The notes under the pieces are model-generated. The model was given only the letters and a program-made list of their open reading frames with translations, did no database searches and was not told the DNA's origin. Shown in pieces: positions 62,990 to 64,000 of a DNA stretch of 64,000 nt (positions within the stretch are counted from its first letter, which is position 1; each line of letters opens with the position of its first letter). The position numbers and the translations under genes were made by a program. Origin of the DNA: Vicugna vicugna (taxonomy: Eukaryota); assembly GCA_013265495.1 (NCBI GenBank), contig MU062844.1:923548-987547 (forward strand), written 5' to 3'.

Positions 62990-63420
62990 ATCCATTTTCT
63001 GCACAGCAGCTAGAAAGATCTGGAAACATATATTGGATCTTGGCAATTGCTCACCTAAAACCCCTCCAAAGGATTCCCATTGCTCTAAGCATAAAATCCA
63101 AACTCCTCACTGTGGCTCCCACGGCCCTGGCGATCCTGTGACCTCAAGTTGGGCCACTCTTGCCTTAGCTCAGAAAATCCTAGCCACACAAGCTCCTCAG
63201 CCTCTCCAAGGTTCCTGTATCAGGACTCATGTGGTGGTGTTCCTTCTGCTCAGAACGCTGAGCTTTGCCTTCTTTCTGCTGGCAGCGTGCCCCCAGGCTT
63301 TCTCTCAGCCGACTTTCCACACCCTCAGGTCTCAGCTTAAATGCCACCACCTCGAAGGTCTTCCCCGACCACTAGGAAGCAAACAGTATTGGTGCCCACC
63401 CCCCACCCTGTCACCAGACT
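62990..63420 (+). mobile_element. L2 fragment
   Basis: ttcccattgctctaagcataaaatccaaactcctcactgtggc...tcaggtctcagcttaaatgccaccacctc. Confidence 0.8.
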
Positions 63421-63619
63421 GCTGGACCCACCTCCCAGCCGCGGTGGGAACTGGCCACTCGTGGCTCACACCCACCCACTTCTCCAGGGGCGTATGCTCA
63501 GATGAAGGGAGCTGCCTCACCTGGAAGTGCCTGAGAGTTTATGTCCTTCCCATGGCCAATGACTGACTGATGGTGCACAGGGAGCCCTAGCTCCCTTGTC
63601 CCTGGGTGGGACAGTGTCT

Positions 63620-63802
63620 GTGATGCAGTTCATGCTCCAGAGCTGAGCTTCTGTGGGATCAGGTCACGGCTAGACCTCCCCTGAAGCCACACGTTCAACC
63701 AGCTCCTTCCCAGGCCTTTCTCCTGAGAGCATCCCTACAGCACGTCCCTTACACAGGAATCCCCATCTCGGACTCTGCTTCTGGGTAACCCAACCTAAGA
63801 CC
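63620..63802 (+). mobile_element. LTR16/LTR33-like 3' fragment
   Basis: ttctcctgagagcatccct...cacaggaatccccatctcggactctgcttctgggtaacccaacctaagac. Confidence 0.65.
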
Positions 63803-64000
63803 GGTTGGGTCTTACCCTTTATCTTGGTTTCTTTCAGAGAGCTTATCTTGATTCCCAATTACATAAAATGTTTGGTACATTTCTTCTCTCTGTCTCCTCC
63901 ACTGCACGGGAAGCTCCATGAGGGCAAGAATCACACCTGTTTAGTCCATCACTCCATACCTGACACCTGGCCTGGGGCTTGTATGCAAGAGGTGCTGGAA

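Overview
Mammalian genomic DNA containing the 5' end of GRIN2A (NMDA receptor subunit GluN2A) on the minus strand. The absence of Alu/CHR/Bov-tA/PRE1/SINEC/ERE-type SINEs and the L1 3'UTR type suggest a camelid (inference). The gene part comprises the first coding exon (CDS 9943..9530, 138 codons, 18 nt of UTR, canonical AG/GT), a CpG island (~9.6-13.2 kb), a non-coding first exon ending at 12203 with a short uORF, and a second non-coding exon almost certainly hidden in the N-gap at 11427-11630. The island also carries strong RE1/NRSE and CTCF motifs. Bases 1-9529 are the start of the long following intron. Bases ~13.3-64 kb are upstream intergenic DNA made of old repeats (MIR, L2, L1M, MLT1, LTR16, MER21, MER5/3/20, Tigger2) and a few younger L1 pieces with target-site duplications (TSDs). 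No other protein-coding gene is supported. Best leads: (1) a 277-bp ERV-LTR-derived insert ending just after its poly(A) signal with a 14-bp TSD at a TT/AAAA site, i.e. an apparent L1-mobilised LTR retrocopy; (2) six metal-response-element cores in 170 bp of GRIN2A intron sequence; (3) a perfect GTAAGT donor 5 nt inside the ATG exon; (4) an intact L1 ORF2 segment whose junction fits a twin-primed inversion. Repeat family names and comparisons with human/rodent come from memory of consensus sequences, not from searches. Old-repeat boundaries are approximate (tens of bp).
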